A DNA stretch of 32,000 bases from Wolbachia endosymbiont of Onchocerca ochengi (lineage in GTDB: Bacteria > Pseudomonadota > Alphaproteobacteria > Rickettsiales > Anaplasmataceae), in NCBI RefSeq assembly GCF_000306885.1, contig NC_018267.1, positions 210,001 through 242,000 on the forward strand, in the 5' to 3' direction. Position 1 is the stretch's first letter, and every line of letters begins with the position of its first letter. The notes beneath the pieces are model-generated. The model was not told the origin of the DNA, searched no databases, and saw nothing but the letters and a program-made list of their open reading frames with translations. This document shows, in pieces, positions 31,130 to 32,000 of this stretch. The position numbers and the translations under genes are program-made.

Positions 31130-32000
31130 ATGCAACCAAAAATACTAACAATTAATCCTAAGCTTGGTGGAAAAAATAAATTAAATTTAGCATTATTAAA
31201 AAGTATTGATTTAGATTTTATCCCCTACTCCTGCCATTATAATGAAGAAACCATATTAACAAAACAGGGAGAATTATTAAAAATAATCAAGTTAGAAGAC
31301 TATTTCTCTGCTGAGAACTATAGTGACCTTAGAACTGAAATTAGAAAAAGTATATCAAAAAATATCAATAGCCTATATTTTACCGTTTGGGTTCATACTG
31401 TTAGAAAGCGTAACAAATTCCGCTTAAAATGGAATAAAACTGGAGACTTTTCTGATAAATTACATTCAACTTGGTTTAATAAACTCACTGACAGCAAATT
31501 ACATTATATAAATGAGCTATATATTGTACTAGTGTTTAGCAATTTCGGTAAGTATATTAATAGTTCGTTTTTTCTCAGTAGAATAAAGAATGAGCATAAG
31601 CTGTCATTAAGAGAAAATCATCACGAATTAAGGAAGGTAACTGATTTAATTCAAAGTGATTTAAAACCTTTCGGGGCCAAGAAGCTTGGTCTTAGGTTTA
31701 GTGAGGGTAGAGTATATTCTGAAATGACAGAATTTCTCCATTACATCGTTACGTTAACACACAAAGATTATCCAATACGTGAAATAGATCTGTCGCAACA
31801 CATTAAAGATTTAAAGGTAGCTTTTGGCTTTAATACATTTCAAACAACATTTGAAAATCAACAAAAGTTTGGCTCTATCTTTTGCATAAAAGAATATCGG
31901 GAAATTCCATTAGAGAATATAGACAGGTGTTTACAGCTTGACTCTGAGTTTATTATTACAGAAATAATAATATTTACTAGTAACAATAAAGCAGTTAAAG
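31130..32000 (+). CDS. VirB4/CagE/TrbE-like type IV secretion ATPase, N-terminal part, runs off the window
   Basis: ORF not in the supplied track, open to the edge: MQPKILTINPKLGGKNKLNLALLKSIDLDFIPYSCHYNEETILTKQGELLKIIKLEDYF...FTVWVHTVRKRNKFRL...LDSEFIITEIIIFTSNNKAVK. Resembles VirB4 N-terminal regions; Walker motifs are outside the window. Confidence 0.6.
   Translation, partial: MQPKILTINPKLGGKNKLNLALLKSIDLDFIPYSCHYNEETILTKQGELLKIIKLEDYFSAENYSDLRTEIRKSISKNINSLYFTVWVHTVRKRNKFRLKWNKTGDFSDKLHSTWFNKLTDSKLHYINELYIVLVFSNFGKYINSSFFLSRIKNEHKLSLRENHHELRKVTDLIQSDLKPFGAKKLGLRFSEGRVYSEMTEFLHYIVTLTHKDYPIREIDLSQHIKDLKVAFGFNTFQTTFENQQKFGSIFCIKEYREIPLENIDRCLQLDSEFIITEIIIFTSNNKAVK

Overview
AT-rich 32 kb segment of a decaying Rickettsiales genome. 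By protein signatures and small palindromes it looks like Anaplasmataceae, probably Wolbachia-like; this taxonomy comes from recalled family features, not a search. Intact or near-intact housekeeping genes: nth, icd, uvrD/pcrA-type helicase, trxA, rnd, bamE-like, nrdB, secA, sucB, tsaB, sodB, an M16 peptidase, cytochrome b561, a nitronate monooxygenase-like gene, and at the right edge a small VirB2/TrbC-like membrane protein followed by the start of a VirB4-like ATPase. Three tRNAs: Pro-TGG, a CAT-anticodon tRNA (likely Ile2), and Gly-GCC. Identifiable coding sequence covers only about half the window. Several spacers contain recognisable gene corpses: a quinone oxidoreductase with multiple stops, two tetratricopeptide-repeat (TPR) remnants (one carrying an (AT)11 tract), and a frameshifted small ORF. 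Best leads: a near-perfect 24-bp palindrome in frame inside tsaB that resembles an intergenic hairpin at 30211-30235; a thioredoxin with WCRPC instead of WCGPC; a SecA ORF with a hydrophobic N-terminal segment; and the type IV secretion-like pair at the edge. I found no CRISPR array, prophage, intact transposase or clear new defence system.
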